64,000 bases of DNA, taken from positions 2,816,001-2,880,000 of the forward strand of contig OY969763.1 in assembly GCA_963702845.1 (NCBI GenBank). The letters are read 5' to 3'. Source of the stretch: an uncultured Verrucomicrobiae bacterium (GTDB lineage Bacteria > Verrucomicrobiota > Verrucomicrobiia > Limisphaerales > Palsa-1400). Each line of letters starts with the position of its first letter. Within the stretch, counting starts at the first letter, position 1. Below, one piece after another: positions 31,056 through 39,625 of the stretch. The translations under genes and the position numbers were made by a program. A model generated the notes under the pieces. The model saw nothing but the letters and a program-made list of their open reading frames with translations. It had not been told where the DNA came from and did no database searches.

Positions 31056-31757
31056 GTGAAACGACGGTGGAAAATTGCGATTGCCGCAGCAGCGCTGATT
31101 GCCATTGTCGCTTCGCTTGAATTGGCAACGCGCGATCCCGAACCGAGTTACCACGGTCGCACGCTTTCGGAATGGGTTTCTGCTTACAAACCGCTGTACT
31201 TCTCTGCTCGTCGGAACGAAGACCTCAACAGCGCAAGAACAAGCGAAGTCGGGCAGGCGTTGCGCGAGATGAATCCAGCCGCGCTTCCCACTCTCGTTGA
31301 GTGGATTGGCTATGAAATACCCACTTCCCCGCCTTATTTCGAATACGCTGTGTCTCGCGTCTTTGGATACGACAGCAGGTTGTACGCAATGATAACCAAG
31401 AAAAAGGCACGCATCTGGGAAACGGTGATAGCCTTCGATGCACTCGGAACGAATGCGTCTCCCGCGATCCCACAGCTCACGACTATGGTCATCAACTCCA
31501 AGCATCCTGACTCTGCTCGGCCTGCGCTTGAGGCTATGGCAGCGATCGGCAAACCTGGAATGCAAGCGATGGTCGCGCTCCTTCACAATCCGAACAACCC
31601 CTATCGGGAAGTCACTTTGGATAGACTTAAGTTGTGTGCTTCTATTGATCAAAAAACGGTGACAGACGAGGTTCGGCAGAGCCTGACTGATGCTGATCCG
31701 CATATGCGTAGCACCGCCCGGTTCGTATTGTACTGTCTCGAGCATTCCTCGCATTGA
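31050..31757 (+). CDS. HEAT-repeat-like protein 3
   Basis: EPSYHGRTLSEW, LGTNASPAIPQL, LTDADPHMRSTA. Confidence 0.78.
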   Translation: MNVKRRWKIAIAAAALIAIVASLELATRDPEPSYHGRTLSEWVSAYKPLYFSARRNEDLNSARTSEVGQALREMNPAALPTLVEWIGYEIPTSPPYFEYAVSRVFGYDSRLYAMITKKKARIWETVIAFDALGTNASPAIPQLTTMVINSKHPDSARPALEAMAAIGKPGMQAMVALLHNPNNPYREVTLDRLKLCASIDQKTVTDEVRQSLTDADPHMRSTARFVLYCLEHSSH

Positions 31758-31823
31758 CGGCTCGTTTGTCTGATGTGAAGCAGCGTTCATCTGTGGTTTG
31801 TTTCGATTCATCGTGGCCGTCTG

Positions 31824-32108
31824 CTAAGACCTCAACCAAACGAGTTTCTGTAGCCGTCCGTCCCTGAAAGCCCCAGGCACACGGACCGGTTGCGAATACG
31901 TAAAAACTTTCGGATCACACCCAAACACCTCGAGCGCGGCCTTCAATCGCCCCTCGTGCAAACGAGTGCGCGGCGCATCAAACCACGCGTGCAAAGATTT
32001 GCCCGCCGTATCAATGATGCAGTGCAGCTTGTAACGAAGCCGCCGCCGAACGTAAGCGAACACCGCGCCGACTTCGTCGCGGCTCAACGTCTCCGATTCC
32101 AAAACAAG
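31824..32108 (-). pseudogene. 3' fragment of a phage/plasmid primase (AEP/RepB-like)
   Basis: LESETL...IIDTAGKSLHAWF...GCDPKVFTYSQPVRVPGAFRDGRLQKLVWLRS* (GKSLH and RxPG motifs). Confidence 0.65.
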
Positions 32109-32117
32109 TGGACCGAG

Positions 32118-32832
32118 TCAGTTTGAAGCCTTCACCGCTGCGACATGCCAGTCGAAGAAAAGTTCGTTGCGTATGTTGCCGTGCGCGGGGGCAGGCGCCA
32201 GATACGAGTAATAGCCGGCGATGGTGACGGCGTTCTGCTGGTCGCTATCCGTCATCGCCCAAGACGATGATGGGATGTAGATTTCGTGCAAGCGCTTTGG
32301 GAGTTCGTCGGGCTTGGTATATGGTGGAGATGAGTACGGATAGCCGAACGGCCTGCTCACCACCTCGGTGTCCAGGTTGGTGACGGTTGACGCGGCTACA
32401 TAGCTCAACGGCACGTGGATGGACGCCGGGTCGGGGTCCACAGACGGTTTCCATTTCAATGCTGCAGTCGGGCATCGGGAAAGCAAGTTGGTCCTCGCCG
32501 TCGAAGCGGGCGCGGGCAGCCCCATGTAAGTGGCGATGTAATAGGAGAGCCGAAGCCGGTTCTGATTATCGGTACTCTTCATAAAAGCCCTGCCAGACCG
32601 GACCGGGCAATTGATCCCCATGTTCATCCGCATAGAGTTGAAGCGCCAAGCCAACCTGTTTCAGATTGTTGATACATTTGGTTCGCCGCCCTTTTTCCTT
32701 GGCCGCGGCTAAGACCGGCAGCAACAGGGCCGCCAGAATCGCGATGATGGCAATGACGACAAGGAGTTCAATTAACGTAAATGCGACAATACGGTGTCGC
32801 CGCCCTGCCGCAAATTGTTGGAACTTCCGCAT
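32118..32832 (-). CDS. Prepilin-type N-methylation / H-X9-DG (DUF1559-like) protein, frameshift near 32575
   Basis: [23 protein letters not shown]...[21 protein letters not shown]. Confidence 0.82.
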
Positions 32833-32974
32833 AGCTCTCCTATACAGACGTTGGCACGTTGCCAATTCGTCGCTCAATTATAGATGGCCGCCAAAGTCAA
32901 AATGTGACAAAAAAAACTTTGGCCAATCTAGCAAAGGAGGGATCAATCCGAAAAGTTAACATGGACCGAGAAGA

Positions 32975-33061
32975 GCTTGAGCCAACGCCGGTGTGCGTTG
33001 GCAGTTCCGCTATCGCGGTTGACATCAGGTGCCCGGCGTGGCTCAGCTAGAGTTGTTAGCT
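32975..33061 (+). other. 5'-truncated attC site
   Basis: Close match to 21600-21698, ending GTTAGCT; R'' box missing. Confidence 0.75.
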
Positions 33062-33069
33062 TTCTCCCT

Positions 33070-33432
33070 ATGACCAAGAAAGAAATCCTCGGCTTGCTCG
33101 CACCCAGCATCGTGTTTCTATGGGTGACTGTATACTTGTTTATTTATGCGGACCTTTACACCCCTGGCGAAAAGGATCAACTCAGGGCGATGCAGCAGAA
33201 GAAGGTGGCTGAAATGGTTCGGAAGGTTGAAAGCGGAGAATACCCACAGAAGCTCGAAGTGATACTTGCGGCGGTGTATCACCAGGAACATGACATCCAG
33301 GACATCGAATCAAAATTCCATGCGGACAAGGCGAGATGCACCGGCTGGTACATGTTGACGGGTATCGCGGCTCAGTTTTACGTCGTCTTTCGCGTCAAAG
33401 CCGGAAGGACCCGTGCCACGGCGAAAAGCTAA
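33070..33432 (+). CDS. Cassette B1: 2-TM protein
   Basis: Bounded by the complementary cores GTTAGCT and AGCTAAC. Confidence 0.7.
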   Translation: MTKKEILGLLAPSIVFLWVTVYLFIYADLYTPGEKDQLRAMQQKKVAEMVRKVESGEYPQKLEVILAAVYHQEHDIQDIESKFHADKARCTGWYMLTGIAAQFYVVFRVKAGRTRATAKS

Positions 33433-33520
33433 CTATCGCGCTGCACTCGACGCGGTGGTTACCTCTGTGTTACATATTGAACGTCACAGGCGCCGCGCGA
33501 GTGAGCGCGGGGCGTTATCC
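33427..33520 (+). other. attC site
   Basis: AGCTAAC...GCACTCG...CGAGTGAGC...GTTATCC. Confidence 0.8.
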
Positions 33521-33524
33521 ACCG

Positions 33525-34133
33525 ATGCGCGCACTAATAACACCGTATACTTTGATTCGCAGAACCGGTGCAACTCTGGCGATGATCGTTACGTGGGCAA
33601 TGTTATCAGGGTGCGCGACCGGAAAGATTTCCCGTCCCCCGGCTGTGGGAGAGAATCAGCTCCGTGAGCGTGCGGTAGTTGCTCCGCCAAACCCGAGTAG
33701 TGGTGATTTAACAAACCAGCCAACGAGTGTTGCCAGCTCCGCTGCGGAAGTTGGCCAGACGCCCGCAGTCCATCGGGCGCCGCTCCAACTGCAAAGCGTG
33801 AAGGCGCGAATGATCGAGCGGTCGAATTCGGGCGCTGCCTACGACAAGGAGCTTATCAGCCGCGTGAACAAACGGTGGGACGGCCTGATTTATACAGCGT
33901 CTCCTCCTTGGCCAACAACCGGGGCGGTATCGGTCGATTTCCGGCTCTTCCCAGATGGACACGTCTCCGATCTTCAGGTGATCAATACCACGGTTGACGA
34001 CCGATTCACGACGGTCTGCAAGCAAGCTATCTTTCAAAGCGCTCCCTTTGAGCCATACCCGAAGGCGCTGTGGGGTTCCGGTTCGAGCACGAACGGCTGT
34101 CGCATGATCCATTTCGATTTCAAGTTTCAATGA
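33525..34133 (+). CDS. Cassette B2: lipoprotein with TonB C-terminal-like domain
   Basis: LSGC; YDKELISRVNKRW...GAVSVDFRLFPDGHVSDL...AIFQSAPF. Confidence 0.75.
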   Translation: MRALITPYTLIRRTGATLAMIVTWAMLSGCATGKISRPPAVGENQLRERAVVAPPNPSSGDLTNQPTSVASSAAEVGQTPAVHRAPLQLQSVKARMIERSNSGAAYDKELISRVNKRWDGLIYTASPPWPTTGAVSVDFRLFPDGHVSDLQVINTTVDDRFTTVCKQAIFQSAPFEPYPKALWGSGSSTNGCRMIHFDFKFQ

Positions 34134-34289
34134 ACCCCGGAGAGTCAGCCAGACCGACCCAACCGCGCGCCAGACATTCTTCTTTAGCAATCGCGACTCT
34201 TGGCATTTGCAACGCCTAGCGTATTCTGTTGTCACTGGCTTCGGCTACGTCCCGCTCCAGCGGCTGTTGGCTGAGCTTGTGTGTTAGGC
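34129..34289 (+). other. Long, partly degenerate attC site
   Basis: Shares gtattctgttgtcactg-ttcggct-cgtcc with the attC at 18366; ends GGCTGAGC...GTTAGGC. Confidence 0.65.
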
Positions 34290-34311
34290 CGATGAGCACA
34301 TCACATATCGC

Positions 34312-34845
34312 ATGAATCGTTCAGCCCGGTTTGTTTTAGGCGTGGCGCTTGTGGCGATACTCCCGCTGTTGCGAAGCTTCCATATTGGCGGCAGTCGCAC
34401 GATCCAATATCGCGGTGAGACGTTCGATCTGAGCAAGGCGTATTTGAGTTATGAGGATTACAAGGACGATCCGAATAACCTTGCCACAAACGAGCGTTCG
34501 AGGATTGAGAGAGCGATCACGAACGCGCCCTTTCCTTTATCCTTTGCGAGTGGCGTGGATATGGCAGGAGCCGTAGTCCATCTCAAGTTTCCTGGTTACG
34601 GCTGCGGCGGTCATGGCAGTTTTCCTCAGAGCGACGGTTCGACGTGTTCGGTTTTCTCAGTCGAGATTCCGATGTGTGACAGAGAGCGTTATTTCATCGG
34701 CCGGAATTCGGGAGGCAAGGTTGCTGTTATTGATGATTTCGTGATGGCATCGGGCACGAATGAAATTACACAGGTTCGGATTGAAGGTAGGCGCATTTTG
34801 TATTACGACGGACGTGGAGTTTTGCTCCGAGAGAAGCAGATGTGA
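34312..34845 (+). CDS. Cassette B3: exported hypothetical protein
   Basis: N-terminal hydrophobic segment; bounded by GTTAGGC and GCCTAAC. Confidence 0.72.
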   Translation: MNRSARFVLGVALVAILPLLRSFHIGGSRTIQYRGETFDLSKAYLSYEDYKDDPNNLATNERSRIERAITNAPFPLSFASGVDMAGAVVHLKFPGYGCGGHGSFPQSDGSTCSVFSVEIPMCDRERYFIGRNSGGKVAVIDDFVMASGTNEITQVRIEGRRILYYDGRGVLLREKQM

Positions 34846-34857
34846 CATGAGACATCG

Positions 34858-34911
34858 GCCTAACCAGAGCGCTCAGCGACGGCGGGTTGACGCTGAGCTT
34901 CGTCGTCAAAC
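34858..34911 (+). other. Short attC site with degenerate core
   Basis: GCCTAAC...GCTCAGCG...CGCTGAGC...GTCAAAC. Confidence 0.65.
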
Positions 34912-34997
34912 TGCTTCGCCCTTCCCCAACGCGCTCCATTTCCAATCGCGGATCTCCGGCATGTCGTCGCCGTGCTCGCGGATGTAATGTTTGTGTT
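34906..34997 (-). pseudogene. xfp: Phosphoketolase 3'-end fragment, second copy
   Basis: HKHYIREHGDDMPEIRDWKWSALGKGEAV*. Confidence 0.7.
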
Positions 34998-35105
34998 GCG
35001 CTTGATTCGCAGCGGCAGCAGAACAATAGTCTCCTCAACCAATATGAACCAACCGTTCGTCTATCAAAATTACCGCGACACCCCGTCGCATAATCAGAGT
35101 TATTT
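34994..35105 (+). repeat. Leader plus attI-like site type 1, second copy
   Basis: Near-identical to 20445-20557; ends GCATAATcagaGTTATTT. Confidence 0.7.
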
Positions 35106-35114
35106 TCAGAAGCT

Positions 35115-35531
35115 ATGAATATGAGGAATATTCTCTTTTTATTGGTGCTGGCGCTACTACCAGCGTGCAGTTCGGTATCTACTTATAAGTCGAGTCCGAT
35201 TGACATCGCACGCTCACCGACTGCTCTTCTCCGAATACAAAACGACACCGAGAACCTATCAAACAACCTTTCTGAGCGGATCAAGGACTTGGGCTTTACG
35301 ACGACGAGGGATGCTGGCCGAGTTGATTATTTCGTGGATGTGGATTACACGACCTTTTTTGATGTGGTCCATCAGACATTTAATCATTTTGACATCGCCT
35401 TCGTTGATGCAAAAACCAATGAGCAAAGAATCCGATCGCGGTATGTTGGCCGGATTGGATTCAATGGCTGCAATGCCGCTCTGGATTTAGTTTTCAAGGA
35501 TCTATCTCGCAAACTGAAGAATGGAACATAA
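35115..35531 (+). CDS. Cassette B4: lipoprotein
   Basis: LLPAC lipobox; stop lies within ACATAAC. Confidence 0.75.
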   Translation: MNMRNILFLLVLALLPACSSVSTYKSSPIDIARSPTALLRIQNDTENLSNNLSERIKDLGFTTTRDAGRVDYFVDVDYTTFFDVVHQTFNHFDIAFVDAKTNEQRIRSRYVGRIGFNGCNAALDLVFKDLSRKLKNGT

Positions 35532-35652
35532 CCAGCTCACTGGAGCCAACACCCGCTGCACTGAGCAAGTCAGACGGCTATTGGAGTCACAACTCTGTGG
35601 TTGCAGCTGCGAGCGCGCCGCCAGCGGTTGTGGCTCAGTTCTGGCGTTAGGC
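35526..35652 (+). other. attC site
   Basis: ACATAAC...GAGCCAAC...GTTGTGGCTCAG...GTTAGGC. Confidence 0.8.
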
Positions 35653-35661
35653 GACTTATTA

Positions 35662-36120
35662 ATGAAACAGAACCTACGCCTTATAACCTGCTTTGCGGTC
35701 GCTCTACTTTTTGTTGGCTGCGCGTCTTGGACCATTCAAGACAGCGCCGCACGCTACGCGAATCGCGATGCTAAGGCATCGGGCAGTCCTTACCGGTACC
35801 GGGTGCGTCACACACCGCAAGGTGTCGTGCTGGAGAAGTACCGCGCGACGCCGCCTAGCGTTGTTGCGGTACCCGCGAATCTTCAACAAACGGCAGGGGA
35901 TGCGAAGCTCACGCAAGACATCCTCGCCGACATTGCGCGCCTGCAGTCAGGGTGGGGAGACACTACTGTAACTCATCTGCTCGATGTCCAGGCACTCGGC
36001 AGCACCAAGGATGGAGTTAAAGAGTCGTGGTTTATCAAGCATGGAGATGGCGCGGTGCGTTATGATGTTTCGCTTACGCAGCGTTCGACCGGTGTCGCTT
36101 TTACTATCAATGTCCCATGA
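35662..36120 (+). CDS. Cassette B5: lipoprotein
   Basis: LFVGC lipobox. Confidence 0.7.
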   Translation: MKQNLRLITCFAVALLFVGCASWTIQDSAARYANRDAKASGSPYRYRVRHTPQGVVLEKYRATPPSVVAVPANLQQTAGDAKLTQDILADIARLQSGWGDTTVTHLLDVQALGSTKDGVKESWFIKHGDGAVRYDVSLTQRSTGVAFTINVP

Positions 36121-36124
36121 TTTC

Positions 36125-36217
36125 GCCCAACAACAACGCTGCAGTGGACGGCGGGACGACGCTGTATTTACAATCCTCAAGTCAGTGGCCTGCCGCCGCT
36201 GAGCTAACATGTTTGCG
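36125..36217 (+). other. attC site (terminal)
   Basis: GCCCAAC...GCAGTGG...CCGCTGAGC...GTTTGCG. Confidence 0.7.
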
Positions 36218-36369
36218 TCCGCTCTCGATAATTCCAACGCTGGATTCCTTTGTCCGTTTGGCATGCTGGTCTGCGATCCGATAACGCAGTTCAACGTTGT
36301 CTCTATTGACTACCTTTGATAGACCAGTGCCGCGACAGACCAAAAATAAAAAGGAAAGAAAAACAACAC

Positions 36370-36903
36370 GTGAAAACTCATACTGCATCCAAAAACCTCC
36401 GACGCGCCCTCAGTTCAGCCATGAGCATAGCCCTCCTGACGCTCTGTGGGTGTGGTACAATCATTACGAGTGGAGACGGTCGGATACCTATCGCTTCGAC
36501 TCCCAACGAAGCCAAAGTCACGATCTACGACATGAATAAAACAGTGGTCGCTATTGGCACCACCCCTGTTGAAATTAAACTTAAAAAAGGTAGCGGCTAC
36601 TTCCAAGGTGCTGATTACCGCCTGGTTGTGGAAAAAACCGGCTTCCAAACCCGTGAGTTCAAGATCACACATAAACTCAATGGCTGGTACTTCGGAAACT
36701 TTTTCCTTGGCGGCGCCATCGGCCTCCTGGCCGTCGATCCTTTGACTGGCGGCATGTGGACTCTGTATCCGGAACGAGTCAACGTGCAACTGACGCCTGC
36801 TAGCGCCAGCATTGACGGCGTCAAAATCTCCGTGCTGACAATCGCTCAACTCTCAAATGAGCAGCGATCGCATTTGTTGCCGGTCCCACGCGCACGAAAT
36901 TAA
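36370..36903 (+). CDS. PEGA-domain lipoprotein
   Basis: LCGCGTII, STPNEAKV, GTTP, NGWYFGN...VDPLTGGMW. Confidence 0.8.
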   Translation: MKTHTASKNLRRALSSAMSIALLTLCGCGTIITSGDGRIPIASTPNEAKVTIYDMNKTVVAIGTTPVEIKLKKGSGYFQGADYRLVVEKTGFQTREFKITHKLNGWYFGNFFLGGAIGLLAVDPLTGGMWTLYPERVNVQLTPASASIDGVKISVLTIAQLSNEQRSHLLPVPRARN

Positions 36904-36920
36904 TTCGGCAATTTGGTTCA

Positions 36921-36949
36921 AGCGCTATGCTTCGGCATAGCGCTTTTTT
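36921..36949 (+). terminator. Intrinsic terminator
   Basis: agcgctatgc-ttcg-gcatagcgct followed by a T-tract. Confidence 0.8.
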
Positions 36950-36964
36950 GGTTTTGATCTCCCG

Positions 36965-37080
36965 CGCCAGAGATTTGCAGCCTTGGACTCCGGTCTCTTT
37001 TGCAGAAGCGCGCCACCTTTAAAACCCTTGTTCCCCTTGTAAAAATATGCGAAACGTTATCGCATATTTATTGTTAGGGC
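36965..37080 (+). repeat. Leader/attI-like block type 2
   Basis: AATATGCGA-N7-TCGCATATT then GTTAGGG; homologous to 1118-1229. Confidence 0.65.
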
Positions 37081-37083
37081 TCA

Positions 37084-37377
37084 ATGACCAGCACACTGAA
37101 ATTCAAACTCACGATTGCAGCACTCGTGGTTGCAGGGCTTGCCTTTTTGGAGGGAATGTCATTGCTGTGTTACTGCCCCGGCCCATTCATGTTCGCTTTG
37201 CCTTTCGCATGTGCAGCTATACTTCTCGGTCCTCGGTGGTCGCTTCGAGTCATCGGCATTTGTTTATGTGCTGCGAGCATCGCGATGGCCGTTCACCAAT
37301 TTCACCGCAAGCAGCACCTCGACGCGATCATTAGGGCCGCACAGGCACACGCAACGACAAACTCTATCAGCAAATGA
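37084..37377 (+). CDS. Small membrane protein (cassette-like, no attC seen)
   Basis: ATG a few bases after GTTAGGG; 2-3 TM segments. Confidence 0.6.
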   Translation: MTSTLKFKLTIAALVVAGLAFLEGMSLLCYCPGPFMFALPFACAAILLGPRWSLRVIGICLCAASIAMAVHQFHRKQHLDAIIRAAQAHATTNSISK

Positions 37378-37399
37378 ACATGACACACTAAAACCGATG

Positions 37400-37530
37400 C
37401 AAGTGTCGGTTCTCACTATTTACACAACTTCTGTTTTTGATGGCTCTTGGGCGAGCGGATTTGACAGGCAAGTCCAACTGCCCATCTCCAGGTTCTCGGC
37501 GATCCATTTTACCCTCATTGTTGTTTCCTT
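37400..37530 (-). pseudogene. 3' fragment resembling the C-terminal HTH of a REP-associated tyrosine transposase
   Basis: KETTMRVKWIAENLEMGSWTCLSN. Confidence 0.45.
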
Positions 37531-37870
37531 CGTAATCTGCCCCCAAAAAGTATTGCACTTTGGAAACGTTAAACTGCGCCATACCGGCCCCGCTAGTGAG
37601 TCGTCACCAGCGGTCGCGACGGTTGACGGTCATATCCCACGCCCCTCGATCCGGAGAGACCCATCGCGTTCTTCGCTCCCTTCGCATCCTTCGCGCGAAA
37701 TCGGCTCAACTTGCAACGCTTGACACATGTCGTGACTTCATGTTAAACCTTGCAGCCGCCGGTGCATGCCGGCCGCCTGCGAAGGCGAATGTTCTTTGAA
37801 ATCACAAAACCGAGCCAAAGTGGCACTGAACACGTGTTGCCGGCGGGTGAGCCGTTTAGGAGAAACAAAT

Positions 37871-37935
37871 GTTTCTCCAAAGTTTCTCCAAAGTTTCTCC
37901 AACCCTTCTCCGAAGTTTCTCCATGTTTCTCCAAA
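37871..37935. repeat. Six 10-11 bp tandem repeats GTTTCTCCAAA
   Basis: Directly visible; flanked by inverted GAGAAAC. Confidence 0.85.
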
Positions 37936-38239
37936 GAGAAACAATGGGAAGGAATGAGCAACAATGAGCAACATTTTTGAATTTTTCCCGGTTTCCGAAT
38001 TTCGACCCATTGACACCCAAAAAAGGAGAGGTAGTGAATCCGGAATCAATCACAAAAATGCGGTTCATGACGCTTTTTGACGTCTAAAACGAAATAATCG
38101 GTGGTTTGAAGCCTTCGCGCGAAATCGCGTTCAACTTGCAGCGCTTGCCCCCTTCGCGTCTACTGCAAGACCGCAAAGGTCACTGACGTTTGGACTTGTC
38201 TGCGCGGTTTCGATACCTAACGTTGTGCCCGGTCCGTTA

Positions 38240-39530
38240 ATGCGTTTGGTTTATAACATTCTGTTCCCGATTTTCTTCGTCCTCAGCGCGCCCTTTTATT
38301 TCCTGAAAATGTGGCGGCGCGGCAATTGGCAAGCGGGTTTCGGCCAGCGCTTCGGAATCTATGACGCCACCCTGCGCAGCACCAGCGGCAAACCCTGCAT
38401 CTGGTTTCACGCCGTCAGCGTCGGCGAAGTCGGCATCTGCGCTCAACTGTTGCGCGAACTCGCCCCAAAACTTCCGAACTACGAGTTTGTTGTCTCCACC
38501 ACCACTTCCACTGGCATGGGAGAACTGCAACGATTGATGCCGCCGGCCGTCCGCAAAATTTACTATCCCTCGGATTTCTACTTCTCCGTCCGCAGGGCAC
38601 TGAACACCTTTCGCCCAAGCGCCTTTGTTTTGGTCGAAGCCGAACTCTGGCCAAATTTCCTCTGGCAAACGATGGATCGCCGGCATCCCGATGTTTCTCA
38701 TCAACGCCCGTTTGTCCGACCGCTCCCTCCGCGGCTACAAACGATTCAATTTCATCTTCGGCCCCATCTTCGCCGCATTCCGCGCCGTCGGTTGCCAAAG
38801 CGACGCTGATGCCGCTCGTCTGAAAGAACTCGGCTTCCCCCCCGAACATGTCAAAGCCGTCGGCAACCTCAAATTCGACGCCGCCAAACCCGGCCCCTCG
38901 AAAATCGACGCCGCCAAACTCCTGCAACAAATCGGCGTTCCATCGAATGCAAAAATTCTCGTCGCCGGCAGCACCCATGCCGGTGAAGAAGCGATCCTCG
39001 CCGGCACCTTCGTGCAACTGCGCGAAAAATTTCCCGACCTCTTCCTCGTTCTCGTCCCGCGCCACTTCGAACGCACGAAACAGGTTTGTGTCGAACTCGA
39101 CAAACGATCACTGCGATACATCCTCCGTTCAGAAATCACCGCGCAAACAACGGCACGAGAACAAAAACCCGAGTGCCTACTGGTCAACACCACTGGCGAA
39201 CTGAAGGCCTTCTACGAAGTCGCAACGCTCGTCTTCGTCGGCAAAAGTTTAACCGCACACGGCGGCCAAAACCCGATCGAACCCGCCGCCCTCGGCAAAG
39301 CCATCGTCACCGGCCCCAACATGGAAAATTTTCGCAGCATCATGGCCGCATTTCGCGCCAACGACGCCATCGTCACTGTCCCCGATGCGGCCGCGTTGCG
39401 CGACAAATTCGCCGAGCTCCTCAAAGACGATGCAAAACGAGCACAACTCGGCAAACGAGCCCTCGCCGTCGTGGAGTCGAACAGCGGCGCAACCGCGCGA
39501 ACCGTCGACCTGATAACCACCAATCTTTGA
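38240..39530 (+). CDS. waaA: Kdo transferase, frameshift near 38685
   Basis: WFHAVSVGE, EAELWPN | INARLS, GNLKFD, GSTHAGEE, VPRHFER, GQNPIEPA. Confidence 0.92.
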
Positions 39531-39625
39531 CGTCTGTCACGGTTTTGAATTGCCTTAAAAGAACCAACATGGCTCAATGACCATAAGATTGCCCCTGACC
39601 ACAACGTATCAACCTACCGTCCCCT

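Noticed and set aside
28981..31890. CRISPR array or DGR explanation for the repeated junctions
   Set aside because: The spacers are whole genes; there are no cas or reverse transcriptase genes, and no adenine-specific TR/VR pair was seen.
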